Of a stretch of DNA of 64,000 nt, positions 19,713-30,149 are shown piece after piece; the first letter of the stretch is position 1, and every line of letters starts with the position of its first letter. The notes beneath the pieces were generated by a model that was not told where the DNA came from, searched no databases, and was given only the letters and a program-made list of their open reading frames with translations. The stretch comes from an uncultured Latescibacterota bacterium (GTDB taxonomy: Bacteria > Latescibacterota > UBA2968), in NCBI GenBank assembly GCA_951812545.1, contig OX638317.1, positions 3,893,987 through 3,957,986 of the forward strand, written 5' to 3'. The position numbers were made by a program, and so were the translations under genes.

Positions 19713-21044
19713 ATGGGGACAGAAAAAATCCCAGGATCAATCGCCGAGTTCTTTGAGTTTAATGCACAAAATACAGATTGGCGCACAGAAATAACAGGTG
19801 GTGTGACGACATTTGTGACAATGGCTTATATCGTAGCCGTGAATCCGGGCATCTTATCTGACGCATTGGGCGTGGATTTATTTCCCGAATTGTTATTTGC
19901 AACCTGTGCTTCTGCAGCAATAGCAACAATACTGATGGGACTTCTGGCAAATTATCCCTTTGCCCTGGCGCCCGGCATGGGCCTCAACGCGTTTTTTACC
20001 TACACAATTGTACTGGGCATGGGCGTGCATTGGAAAATGGCTCTGGGCGTGGTACTCGCCTCCGGACTTTTGTTCTTACTATTAACCGTGTTGCGGGTGC
20101 GCGAGGCAATTATCACAGCAGTGCCCCAACCTCTCAAGCTCGCCGCTGCAGCGGGTATTGGACTATTTATTGCGTTTATCGGATTGAAAAATGCGGGTTT
20201 TATTGTCGATAATCAGGCCACATTGGTCAGCCTGGGCAATGTGTACTCAGGACCTGTTGGATTCGCACTGATGGGGCTTTTGGGCACCGCCATCATGCTG
20301 GCGCGCGGCATCCGCGGTGCAATTTTACTCGGCGTAATCGGCGTCACCTTCTTGTCCATGATCTTCGGGCTTACGCCGTGGCCAACAGGTGTCACAAGCC
20401 TGCCCGTTTGGCCCACCCATCTCTTTGGAGAAGCCATCTATAATCTGCCTCTTGCATTTCACACGGCAGTAATTGAACTCGTCTTTGCTTTTCTATTTGT
20501 CGATCTATTTGACACCATGGGCACACTGGTGGGATTATCCGAGCGCGTGGGATTCCTCAATAAGCGAGGGCAATTGCCGCGCGCCAACAGGGCACTGCTA
20601 TCAGACTCTATTGGAACCGTATGCGGCAGCGTATTGGGCACGTCAACAGTAACGACCTACATCGAAAGTGCCGCGGGCATATCATCGGGCGCACGCACGG
20701 GCTTTGCCAGCCTGGTGACCGGCGGACTATTCGTCTGTGCCCTATTCCTGACCCCTCTGATCCAGGCCATTCCGTCCTTTGCCACAGCACCCGCGCTCAT
20801 TGTCGTAGGCGTCATGATGATGGCCTCCGCCGCACGCATTTCCTGGGATGACATGTCGGATGCCGTACCCGCTTTCCTGACACTGATTGCGATTCCCTTG
20901 ACATTCAGCATTGCCGATGGGCTGGCTTTCGGATTTATTGCCTATCCCATAATCAAGCGATTGAGCAAAAAAGGCTCTGAAGTGCATCCACTCATAGATG
21001 TGCTGGCGATCATTTTTATTCTCAAATATGTCTTTATGTCGTAA
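19713..21044 (+). CDS. NCS2/AzgA-type purine permease
   Basis: TTFVTMAYI, LAPGMGLNAFF, TTYIESAAG, GARTG. Confidence 0.93.
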   Translation: MGTEKIPGSIAEFFEFNAQNTDWRTEITGGVTTFVTMAYIVAVNPGILSDALGVDLFPELLFATCASAAIATILMGLLANYPFALAPGMGLNAFFTYTIVLGMGVHWKMALGVVLASGLLFLLLTVLRVREAIITAVPQPLKLAAAAGIGLFIAFIGLKNAGFIVDNQATLVSLGNVYSGPVGFALMGLLGTAIMLARGIRGAILLGVIGVTFLSMIFGLTPWPTGVTSLPVWPTHLFGEAIYNLPLAFHTAVIELVFAFLFVDLFDTMGTLVGLSERVGFLNKRGQLPRANRALLSDSIGTVCGSVLGTSTVTTYIESAAGISSGARTGFASLVTGGLFVCALFLTPLIQAIPSFATAPALIVVGVMMMASAARISWDDMSDAVPAFLTLIAIPLTFSIADGLAFGFIAYPIIKRLSKKGSEVHPLIDVLAIIFILKYVFMS

Positions 21045-21120
21045 GAGACATGGCTCCTGATCACCGCTTTTATTCGTGACATTTATATTTATTTTCTCTA
21101 TTATTTTAAAATCAAAACCT

Positions 21121-21151
21121 CTGGATCGCGGCTCAAGCATGCCGCGATGAC
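21121..21151. repeat. CGTC-type REP-like hairpin
   Basis: CTGGATCGCGGCTCAAGCATGCCGCGATGAC. Confidence 0.85.
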
Positions 21152-21192
21152 TACCAAAACCTTTTATTCGCGACCACCTTCAAGGAGGCGTT

Positions 21193-24051
21193 ATGCGTGC
21201 ATTGTGTGTCATCTGTCTCATACTCTGGAGTACTTACGCGGTCATAGCTCAGGATATGGGTAGCTTGACTGGAAAAGTGGAAGATGAGACGGGAGAAGCA
21301 TTATTCGCGGCCAATGTCGTAGTTAAAGGACCGGCCATTGAAGGAATACGGGGCGTAATCACAAATGAACAAGGGGCCTATCGCATCGACCGCTTGCCGC
21401 CGGGCACTTACGAAATCACCATCAGTTATATCGGATATGAAACCATGGTTGCGTCCGGCATAGAAATCCGCGCTGGCGAAAGTATGACGCGAGATTTCAA
21501 GTTGACCGCCGTAGCCCTTATTGGTCAACAGGTCGTGGTATCGGCATCGCGCAAACAAGAAAAAGCCCTGGACGCACCCGCATCAATAGCAACGATCGAA
21601 GCATCCGAAATCAGAGATCGGGGGGTCTTGTCGCCAACTGAGCATATCAAAGCCCTGCCCGGCGTAGATTTTTCTAAAACGGGCATTTCACAAAGCAACG
21701 TGGTGGTTCGAGGATTCAACAATGTATTTTCCGGTGCATTACTCACACTCGTTGACAACCGTATAGCCCGCGTCCCATCGCTGCGTTTCAATGCCTTTGA
21801 CATGATCCCTATTGCCGGTGACGACATTGAGCGCATTGAAGTGGTTTTGGGACCCGGATCCGCGCTTTACGGTCCCAACAGCTCCAGTGGCGTAATGCAC
21901 ATTATCACCCGCTCGCCATTTGGATCCGAAGGCAATACAATTTCTATATCTGGCGGGCAGCGCAGTGTGCGAAGATTATCACTGCGGCACGCCAGCAGCC
22001 TCAACAACAAGATCGGGATCAAAGTCTCGGGTGTGCATAGTTCAGCCCATGATTGGGAGTACATCGATCCCCTGGAACTGGCAGCACGCGGTGAAAATCC
22101 ACGCGATTACAACTCAAAAAAGACAATGGGAGAACTCAGACTCGATTATCGACCAACAGATGACCTGACGATCATAGGATCAACGGGTTATACAAAAAAC
22201 AGCAGCATTGAATTGACGGGGTTGGGCGCGGGCCAAGCAAAAGACTGGACCTATAATTTTTATCAAGGCCGCCTGCTATATCGCGGATGGTTCGCACAAG
22301 TCTTCTACAACGCCAGCAATGCAGGTGGCACGAGATTGCTCATACCCGACGACCCAATCGTAGATCATTCAAATTTGATGGTCTTGCAATTGCAACACAA
22401 TGCCAGTTTGGGACAAAAACAACACTTTGCTTATGGTGCTGACATGCTGCGAACCCGACCCGTGACAGGGGGCACTATAAATGGCATACATGAAGACATT
22501 GATAACATCGATGAATACGGGATCTACCTGCAAAGTGAAACCAGCCTGAGTGATCAAATCGAGCTGGTATTGGCCGGGCGCATAGACAAGCACAGCCATG
22601 TTGAAGATCCGTTTTTCTCTCCCCGCGCAGCACTGGTCATCAAACCCAGGCCACTCAACACCCTGCGATTGACGTATAACCGCGCATTTAGCACGCCTTC
22701 GACCACCAACTTATTTTTGGACCGGATCGGCCTTCCCGATCCCTTTGGGCTGGGGGCACTTCAATCGATATTGGGATTTAGTCCAGCAATTGACGTTCGC
22801 GCCCAGGGCACCGCCAGTACCGGGTTCACATTTTCTCGAGACATCAATGGCCTACCCATGTATCGGACGCCCTTCGCGCCCATAGCGGGTTTGTCAAAAG
22901 ATCACTACTTCTCTCTGCACGATCCCCAGGGCACCAATTTGATGTGGGGCGCTGCCAGATCAATAATAATGAGTATCCTTTTGGCGGAACTGGAACCTCT
23001 CGCAACAGGGCTTTTCGTAGATCGGCTTGGACTACCACAAGATCAAGCTGCTGCGGTAGCCGCACAACTGGTCGGAGACTTTCCCAGGATTATTCCAGAA
23101 CAACTGCCGGGTTTGCAAAATACAGCCGGAACACTGAATACCGCAACTGCGAGTTTTGACCCCGAGCCCGACCTCGCCAATGCCGTGACCGACATAAACA
23201 AAATCGAATCGACCATCTCAGAAACCTTTGAAGTGGGATACAAAGGCGTCATCAATAACAAACTCATTCTGGCAGCCGATGCCTACCTGAGCAGAAAAAG
23301 AAATTTCACCAGCCCGTTGCGGATTGTAACACCCAACGTATTTCTCGCACCCGGTCCTATGAGCGAGGCTCTAACAAACGGGATTACCGAGAACTTAAAA
23401 GACCCCGCCAATGCAAGTCTCGCAATTGCCATCGGTCTTTTAGATCAACTCAACCTGCCGGATTTGGGCCTGGTTGGCAATGGCAACGGAACAGGAATAG
23501 ATGAATTGACGCAGTTATTTGTATCCAACGCCGCGGCGATCCCCTTTGGCACCATGTCTGCCGAACAGGCATCAGACCCCACTGCGGTGATGGTCGCATA
23601 TCGCAATTTTGGTCGCATAACACTCTACGGTGCCGACCTATCTTTTGCGTATTATCCAAACGAAATATGGACTTTTACCGGCAATTACTCCTATGTCAGC
23701 GATGATTGGTTTCCCAATTTAGACAACATCGGCGACATTGCCCTCAATGCCCCCCAGCACAAATTTAACATCGGTATCGATTGCCAACTGCCCAATACAC
23801 CACTCACCATTCGCGGAAAATTGAGCTATCGCGATGGTTTTCCAATGCAATCGGGTGTATATGTCGGCGATGTAGATGCTTATACTGTATTGGATCTGAG
23901 CACCTCATATCAGTTGCCACTTTCACATGACCGCTTCAAGATCACATGGAATGTGGAAGCCAGCAACGTGTTAAACCAGGAATATCGATCATTTATCGGT
24001 GCGCCATTTATTGGACGCCTAATCTTAACTGGCCTGAATATTCGGTTCTAA
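21193..24051 (+). CDS. TonB-dependent receptor (paralog 1)
   Basis: CarboxypepD_reg-like N-domain; plug IERIEVVLGPGSALYG; terminal Phe. Confidence 0.93.
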   Translation: MRALCVICLILWSTYAVIAQDMGSLTGKVEDETGEALFAANVVVKGPAIEGIRGVITNEQGAYRIDRLPPGTYEITISYIGYETMVASGIEIRAGESMTRDFKLTAVALIGQQVVVSASRKQEKALDAPASIATIEASEIRDRGVLSPTEHIKALPGVDFSKTGISQSNVVVRGFNNVFSGALLTLVDNRIARVPSLRFNAFDMIPIAGDDIERIEVVLGPGSALYGPNSSSGVMHIITRSPFGSEGNTISISGGQRSVRRLSLRHASSLNNKIGIKVSGVHSSAHDWEYIDPLELAARGENPRDYNSKKTMGELRLDYRPTDDLTIIGSTGYTKNSSIELTGLGAGQAKDWTYNFYQGRLLYRGWFAQVFYNASNAGGTRLLIPDDPIVDHSNLMVLQLQHNASLGQKQHFAYGADMLRTRPVTGGTINGIHEDIDNIDEYGIYLQSETSLSDQIELVLAGRIDKHSHVEDPFFSPRAALVIKPRPLNTLRLTYNRAFSTPSTTNLFLDRIGLPDPFGLGALQSILGFSPAIDVRAQGTASTGFTFSRDINGLPMYRTPFAPIAGLSKDHYFSLHDPQGTNLMWGAARSIIMSILLAELEPLATGLFVDRLGLPQDQAAAVAAQLVGDFPRIIPEQLPGLQNTAGTLNTATASFDPEPDLANAVTDINKIESTISETFEVGYKGVINNKLILAADAYLSRKRNFTSPLRIVTPNVFLAPGPMSEALTNGITENLKDPANASLAIAIGLLDQLNLPDLGLVGNGNGTGIDELTQLFVSNAAAIPFGTMSAEQASDPTAVMVAYRNFGRITLYGADLSFAYYPNEIWTFTGNYSYVSDDWFPNLDNIGDIALNAPQHKFNIGIDCQLPNTPLTIRGKLSYRDGFPMQSGVYVGDVDAYTVLDLSTSYQLPLSHDRFKITWNVEASNVLNQEYRSFIGAPFIGRLILTGLNIRF

Positions 24052-24111
24052 TACTTTCTCAGTCCCTTCTCCATAAAGAAAAATCCGGACCATAGCGATA
24101 AGGAGGGTTTG

Positions 24112-26973
24112 ATGCGTGTATTGTATATCCTTGCTTTCGTACTGTGGAATGCTTACTCGGTCGTAGCTCAGGACTTCGGCAGTTTGACGGGCAAAGTGAA
24201 AACTGAAGACGGAGAAATCTTATTCGGTGCCAATATCATAGTCAAAGGACCGGCCATTGAGGGCACCCGGGGCGCAATCACCAATGACCAGGGAAACTAT
24301 CGCATCGACCGCTTGCCTCCGAGCATTTACGAAATCACCATCAGTTATATCGGATATGAAACCATCGTCGCAACCGGCGTAGAAGTCCGCGCTGGCAAAA
24401 GTATGACGCAGGATTTCAAATTGACCGCCGTAACCCTCATTGGTCAACAGGTCGTGGTATCGGCATCGCGCAAACAAGAAAAAGCCCTGGACGCGCCCGC
24501 CTCAATTGCAACGGTCGATGCGTCTGAAATCAAAAATCGAGAAGTCTTGACAATGAGTGAATACGTCAAGACTCTGCCCGGCGTTGATTACGCGCAAACA
24601 GGCATATCGCAAGGCAGCATGGTGGTTCGAGGATTCAACAGTGTATTTTCTGGCGCATTGCTCACACTCGTTGACAACCGCATTGCCCGCATTCCATCGC
24701 TGCGCCTCAATGCCTATGATTTGATCCCCCTTACCAGCGACGACATCGAGCGCATTGAAATCGTTCTGGGACCCGGGTCCGCGCTTTACGGTCCCAACAG
24801 CGCCAATGGCGTGATGCACATTATTACCCGCTCACCGTTTGGATCAGAAGGCAATACAATTTCCATATCTGGCGGCCAGCGCAGTGTGCGAAAATTATCA
24901 CTGCGACACGCCAGCAGTCTCAACAACAAGATCGGGATCAAAATTTCGGGGGGATATGTTGCAACCCATGACTGGGAATATGTCGATTCCTTTGAAGTGG
25001 AAGCGCGCGGTTTTAATCCACGCGATTATAGCACAGAAAGGACAACGGGGGAATTCAGGCTCGATTTCCGACCAACAGATGAATTGACACTTATAGGGAC
25101 GGTGGGCTATTCAAAAATGAGCGGCCTTCAACAGACGGATTTAGGTGCGGGCCAGGCGAAAGACTGGACCTATAATTTTTATCAAGGCCGCCTGCTATAT
25201 CGCGGGTGGTTTGCACAGGTCTTCTACAACACGAGTAATGCAGGTGACACGGAACTGATTACAGCCGGCGACCCAATTGTAGATAATTCACATTTGCTGG
25301 TCTTGCAATTGCAACACAATGCCAGTTTGGGGCAGAAACAACACTTTGCTTATGGTGCGGATGTTCTGCTAACCCGACCTGAGACAGGTGGAACAATAAG
25401 TGGCAGGCATGAAGAAATTGACAACACCGATGAATACGGGATCTACCTGCAAAGTGAAACCAACTTGAGCGACCAGATCGACCTGGTATTGGCCGGGCGC
25501 ATAGACAAGCACAGTCATATTGAAAACCCGTCTTTCTCACCCCGCGCAGCACTGGTCATCAAACCCACACAGGACAACACCCTGCGATTGACCTATAACC
25601 GCGCATTTAGCACACCCGAAACCACTGATTTGTTTTTAGACCGAATCGGCGTCCCCGACGTCTTTATGCTGGGGACAAATTTCAGCCCAATATTGGGATT
25701 TAGTCCAGCAATTGACATTCGCGCCCAGGGCACCGCCAGCAATGGGTTCACATTTCCTCGAGACGACAATGGGCTACCCATGTTTCGGACGCCCTTCGCG
25801 CCTGTAGCGGGTCTGTCAAAAGATCACTATTTCTCTCTACATGATCCCCAGGCCACCAACTTGATGTGGGGCGTTGCCAGAAAGGCAATACTGGACGGTC
25901 TTTTGGCAGAACTGGAACCGCTCGCAATAGAACTTCTCGGAGACGGACTTGGGCTACCACCAGATCAAGCTGCTGCGATGGTCGAACAACTCGTCGGAAC
26001 CTTTCCCGGAGTTATTCCAGAACAACTGCCGGATCTGCAAAATACGGCTGCCATACTGAATACAGAAACGCAGGATTTCGACCCCGTGCTCAACCTCGCC
26101 AATGCAGTGACAGACATAAACAAAATCGGATCGACCACCACAGAAACCTTTGAAGTGGGATATAAAGGCATCGTCAACAACAAACTCATTTTGGCAGCCG
26201 ATGTCTATCAAACCAGAATCAAAAACTTTGTCAGCCCGTTGCGAATAGAAACGCCCAACGTATTTCTCGCACCCGGTCCTTTAAACGAGGCTCTAACAAA
26301 CGCGATTACCGAAAATTTGAAAGACCCCGCCAATGCAAGTCTCGCACTTGTCCTTATTTTTTTAGATCAGCTCAACCTGCCGGAGTTCGGCCTGGTAGGC
26401 AATGGCAATGGCACAGGCATAGATGAGTTGACGCAGTTATTTGTATCCAACGCCGCGTTGATCCCCTTTGGCACCATATCGCCTGAACAGGCAACAGACC
26501 CCACAGCAGTGATGGTCGCTCCTCGCAATTTTGGCAACATCACACTCTACGGTGCCGATCTATCGTTTGCGTATTACCCAAACGAAATATGGACTTTTAC
26601 CGGAAATTACTCCTATGTCAGCGAGGACTTGTTTCCCAATTTAGACAACATCGGCGACATTGCCCTCAATGCCCCCCGGCACAAATTTAATATCGGTATC
26701 GATTGTCAACTGCCCAATACACCGCTCACAATTCGCGGAAAATTCCGCTATCGCGGTGGTTTTCCAATGGAGTCGGGTATATATGTCGGTGATGTAAATT
26801 CTCATACTATTTTGGATTTGAATATCACCTATCAGTTGCCTCTTTCAAATGATCGCTTCAACACCACCCTCAGTTTGGATGCCAGCAATTTGCTAAACCG
26901 GGAATATCAATCACTTGTCGGTGCGCCCTGGATCGGACGCCTGATTACAAGCAGCTTGCATGTTCGGTTCTAA
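24112..26973 (+). CDS. TonB-dependent receptor (paralog 2)
   Basis: Tandem paralog with the same motifs. Confidence 0.93.
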   Translation: MRVLYILAFVLWNAYSVVAQDFGSLTGKVKTEDGEILFGANIIVKGPAIEGTRGAITNDQGNYRIDRLPPSIYEITISYIGYETIVATGVEVRAGKSMTQDFKLTAVTLIGQQVVVSASRKQEKALDAPASIATVDASEIKNREVLTMSEYVKTLPGVDYAQTGISQGSMVVRGFNSVFSGALLTLVDNRIARIPSLRLNAYDLIPLTSDDIERIEIVLGPGSALYGPNSANGVMHIITRSPFGSEGNTISISGGQRSVRKLSLRHASSLNNKIGIKISGGYVATHDWEYVDSFEVEARGFNPRDYSTERTTGEFRLDFRPTDELTLIGTVGYSKMSGLQQTDLGAGQAKDWTYNFYQGRLLYRGWFAQVFYNTSNAGDTELITAGDPIVDNSHLLVLQLQHNASLGQKQHFAYGADVLLTRPETGGTISGRHEEIDNTDEYGIYLQSETNLSDQIDLVLAGRIDKHSHIENPSFSPRAALVIKPTQDNTLRLTYNRAFSTPETTDLFLDRIGVPDVFMLGTNFSPILGFSPAIDIRAQGTASNGFTFPRDDNGLPMFRTPFAPVAGLSKDHYFSLHDPQATNLMWGVARKAILDGLLAELEPLAIELLGDGLGLPPDQAAAMVEQLVGTFPGVIPEQLPDLQNTAAILNTETQDFDPVLNLANAVTDINKIGSTTTETFEVGYKGIVNNKLILAADVYQTRIKNFVSPLRIETPNVFLAPGPLNEALTNAITENLKDPANASLALVLIFLDQLNLPEFGLVGNGNGTGIDELTQLFVSNAALIPFGTISPEQATDPTAVMVAPRNFGNITLYGADLSFAYYPNEIWTFTGNYSYVSEDLFPNLDNIGDIALNAPRHKFNIGIDCQLPNTPLTIRGKFRYRGGFPMESGIYVGDVNSHTILDLNITYQLPLSNDRFNTTLSLDASNLLNREYQSLVGAPWIGRLITSSLHVRF

Positions 26974-27156
26974 GAGACTGTTTTAAAACTCATTTTGCCC
27001 TTCTCGGCGATGCGCTATTGCACTGTCATTCTGAGCGCAGCGCAGCGGAGTCGAAGAATCTCTTACCAACTCAGGTGGAAAAGATGCTTCGGCTACGCTC
27101 AGCATGACAAAACGCCGGACATCCGTAGCATCAGGTATTAATTTTAAAACAGCTTC
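26974..27156. mobile_element. MITE family C (IS5/IS1031-like ends) carrying a REP doublet
   Basis: TIRs GAGACTGTTTTAAAA / TTTTAAAACAGCTTC; TAA duplication at the receptor stop codon. The equivalent empty site is seen after paralog 1 (CGGTTCTAATACTTT). Confidence 0.88.
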
Positions 27157-27183
27157 TAATACTTTTCCTCTTTCCATCTGCAT

Positions 27184-27218
27184 AAAAAAATCCGAATCGC
27201 AATGATTCGGATTTTTTT
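27184..27218. terminator. Bidirectional terminator
   Basis: A7-TCCGAATC/GATTCGGA-T7 between convergent genes. Confidence 0.88.
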
Positions 27219-27241
27219 GTCAATACAACTCTAACCGCGAT

Positions 27242-28432
27242 CTACTCAAGCGGCTGATAAGGCCGGGATTCTGGATCGCGTTCGGGAAGCCCCAAACTGT
27301 CCCAAAAAATTGTGTGTTCAAATGGCGCGAGGCGAAAATCTGGAATGGGAACTGGCGCACCGCCCAACTCCGCAGATTTATTTGCCAGAATCCCCGGCAA
27401 GCAGTATTCAATAGCGCGGTACACATCAATCGGCGATGGTTTGCCATCGAGAATAGACTGTGTAAAATGGCGGGCGAGTTTTAAGTCCGCACCGCCATGC
27501 CCTGCAGAAGTATCATCGCCGTGCGCCCCCAGGCCAACAGGCAGAACCTCCCAACCACTGCGATGATCCGCACCCCGCGAAAAGCGACGGGCGAGTTTTT
27601 CATAGCTAAACCATTCGGCACCGCCCTCAACGCCAAAGATGCGATAGCGATGTTCAGAAGGCCGGGCCGTATTCAGCGTAACCATAATCTTGATAAGCGC
27701 ACCCTTCGCTGTTTCGAACACCGCGATCTGACCGTCGGAACGCAACGGCGCGTCGGCACTTCGAAATGGCGCACTACGGCAAGAAACAGAAATACAGCGA
27801 TCGTCAATCACTTCGAGCAATGGCCCCAGGTCATGCGTCAGATATTGAATAGGCGGTTGATCGGCACGCCAAATTGGCCTCGTATCGGTATGACCAGCAG
27901 CCCGCGCTCGAGTCGGCGTATGACGCGAACTATCCGGGCGAAAAAGCGTACCCGGCAAATGGTGAATATATTCGCCTTCGGCAATAGAAATGGGACCAAA
28001 GCGATCTTCGGCAACCCACTTGCGGAAATAGCGAAAAAAATCCCAATAACAGGTATTTTCGCCCAGCATATACGTTTTGCCCGTGTATTCAACGGTTTGG
28101 CGCAAGTTCATACATTCTTCTTGCGTATAAGCACCGGGAACTTCGGAAAGTACATGACAACCCGCGCGCATGGCCTCGCAACCGTGTTCGACCTGCAATT
28201 TGCCATTCGTGGCAACCACAATAGCATCGGGTTTGAGATCGAGCAAATCGTCAAATTCAGGCAAAATCGGAGCCGATGCACCAACCGATATTAAATGTTG
28301 CTCGGCGCGTTCTCTCAAACGCGGAAAGCGGTCGCAAGCACCGATAACCTCTGCCTCTTCCAGAGCGAGAAAATTTCTGAAATGCGTAAAACCGCGACCG
28401 AGACCCAGAATACCAACTTTGAGTTTGTCCAT
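27242..28432 (-). CDS. Gfo/Idh/MocA oxidoreductase
   Basis: KVGILGLGRG, HVLSEVP, GHGGAD. Confidence 0.9.
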   Translation of the reverse strand: MDKLKVGILGLGRGFTHFRNFLALEEAEVIGACDRFPRLRERAEQHLISVGASAPILPEFDDLLDLKPDAIVVATNGKLQVEHGCEAMRAGCHVLSEVPGAYTQEECMNLRQTVEYTGKTYMLGENTCYWDFFRYFRKWVAEDRFGPISIAEGEYIHHLPGTLFRPDSSRHTPTRARAAGHTDTRPIWRADQPPIQYLTHDLGPLLEVIDDRCISVSCRSAPFRSADAPLRSDGQIAVFETAKGALIKIMVTLNTARPSEHRYRIFGVEGGAEWFSYEKLARRFSRGADHRSGWEVLPVGLGAHGDDTSAGHGGADLKLARHFTQSILDGKPSPIDVYRAIEYCLPGILANKSAELGGAPVPIPDFRLAPFEHTIFWDSLGLPERDPESRPYQPLE

Positions 28433-28447
28433 AATTAAACCCCTCAA

Positions 28448-30133
28448 TCAAACAGACACAATGCGGATATCAACCTCAAATGCACTAACGGGATAATTTA
28501 TACCCCAGGTTTCGAGAACGCTGGGATGCACTTCGCCAATAAGCCCATAAACGCGCTCGCCTATGCGGATCTCGCCACTGCGACCGGACAAAAATGTGGG
28601 ATGATCAATCGGTGCAATAGTGTATTCGAAATTAAAATAATAGGATAACACCTCGAGATAGCTCTGAACGCCAGACAAATTGGCTTCGTCACTCGCTTCG
28701 AGCGCGCAAAGATGAATATCTGTACGCGTGCCGTAATTTTCCCCGGGATCGAGAACCCCCACCTCACCCACCTCAAAAATTCGATGTGGGTACAGCGCAC
28801 GGCGGCTTGTCGCTTCGGTCTTGAGCAAACCGGGCAGCAGCGATCCTCGAATCGCGCTGTAATTTTCGGACATGGGATTTGAGATCGAAATAATCTTTGC
28901 ATCCGGATTATTCATATCCACGGTCTGTTCTTTTTTAGAACAGAGAATCGGCAAAAAGACCTCTTGAAATCCGCTCCCAACCATGAGATTGCGAAACCGA
29001 TCTGCAAGATCCTCTTCTGGCGCGGCTTTGCCAACCGTAAAATCCCGGGGCATCTCGGGTACAAAAGCCTCGTATCCCACACCGATCACAACATCTTCCA
29101 CAATATCTACGGGATGCAAAATATCGTCGCGATAAGGTGCTGGACGCACTTTAATAATCCGGTCTCGTACATCAACATCCCGATAACCCATCGCGTTGAG
29201 CGCGGTCTCAATCTGCCCCATCGAAATATGTGACCCAACCACTTTGTAAATCTCATCTACATCCACCTGCACTGGCTCGGTCAAATCATACGGACAGGTC
29301 AGGACTTGCCCCCTCGGCGTGTGATATGGATAGCGCACGGTTACGGGATAAATACGACCGCCCCGGTCAGCCATATTGACCGCCATAATCGCCATAGACA
29401 AAAGAATAGCATCGAGTTCAGGACCCGTCGCCTCGCAAAACAAAAACGTATCCCCCGCTTCAACGCGCCCCAGGCTCTGACTATTAATAACAGGAGGCAT
29501 CGAAAGAACCTCGCCGCGCGAATCGCGGATCAGGGGAAACTTATCCTTATCCTCGAGAAGATTTGCATACATCCTGCCCGTGGGATGATCGGACAAAATC
29601 TGTCGCAAAGACATCTCCTCCTCAAACTCCAGAGGAACAAAAGCCGTCGCATCGGGATCAACCGCATCGTATCGCACCGGATACACAATATCGGACGCAT
29701 CGTAAATACCAATCGCAACAACGCTGCGACCGCGCCCATACCCATCGGCGAGTTTTTCCTGCGCTTCGATAAGCGCATCAAGTGCCGCATCATCAATCGC
29801 AATACCTTCACATGCAAAAGCAGCAATATAGGGACGGATATTTCGCAACCCGGGATCGACAATAACCTCCCGTTCTTGCGACACGTCAGATGCATCAAAA
29901 AAAGAATAATCCAGTTGAACATTCTCTCGATGGCTTTTGAGCAACCGCGCAAGCCCCTCTCCCGACCACAAATCGGGGCGGTTGGTATCTTTGAGCTGAA
30001 TGCGAAGCGTATCCCCATCTTCAGCATCAATCTCTGCCTTCGCAGTTTCGAGGGCAGCACTCAGGCTCTCCAAAGAATAAGCCTGTCCCGCGAGACGTTC
30101 AAAATCGGGTTTATTAACTGTAATCGTTGGCAT
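28448..30133 (-). CDS. pheT: Phenylalanine--tRNA ligase beta subunit, archaeal/eukaryotic type (561 aa)
   Basis: MPTITV start, DTNRPDLWS, SMPPVINS, RDDILHPVDIVEDV; lacks the bacterial B2 and anticodon-binding domains. Confidence 0.93.
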   Translation of the reverse strand: MPTITVNKPDFERLAGQAYSLESLSAALETAKAEIDAEDGDTLRIQLKDTNRPDLWSGEGLARLLKSHRENVQLDYSFFDASDVSQEREVIVDPGLRNIRPYIAAFACEGIAIDDAALDALIEAQEKLADGYGRGRSVVAIGIYDASDIVYPVRYDAVDPDATAFVPLEFEEEMSLRQILSDHPTGRMYANLLEDKDKFPLIRDSRGEVLSMPPVINSQSLGRVEAGDTFLFCEATGPELDAILLSMAIMAVNMADRGGRIYPVTVRYPYHTPRGQVLTCPYDLTEPVQVDVDEIYKVVGSHISMGQIETALNAMGYRDVDVRDRIIKVRPAPYRDDILHPVDIVEDVVIGVGYEAFVPEMPRDFTVGKAAPEEDLADRFRNLMVGSGFQEVFLPILCSKKEQTVDMNNPDAKIISISNPMSENYSAIRGSLLPGLLKTEATSRRALYPHRIFEVGEVGVLDPGENYGTRTDIHLCALEASDEANLSGVQSYLEVLSYYFNFEYTIAPIDHPTFLSGRSGEIRIGERVYGLIGEVHPSVLETWGINYPVSAFEVDIRIVSV

Positions 30134-30149
30134 TTTTACTCCTGCTATC

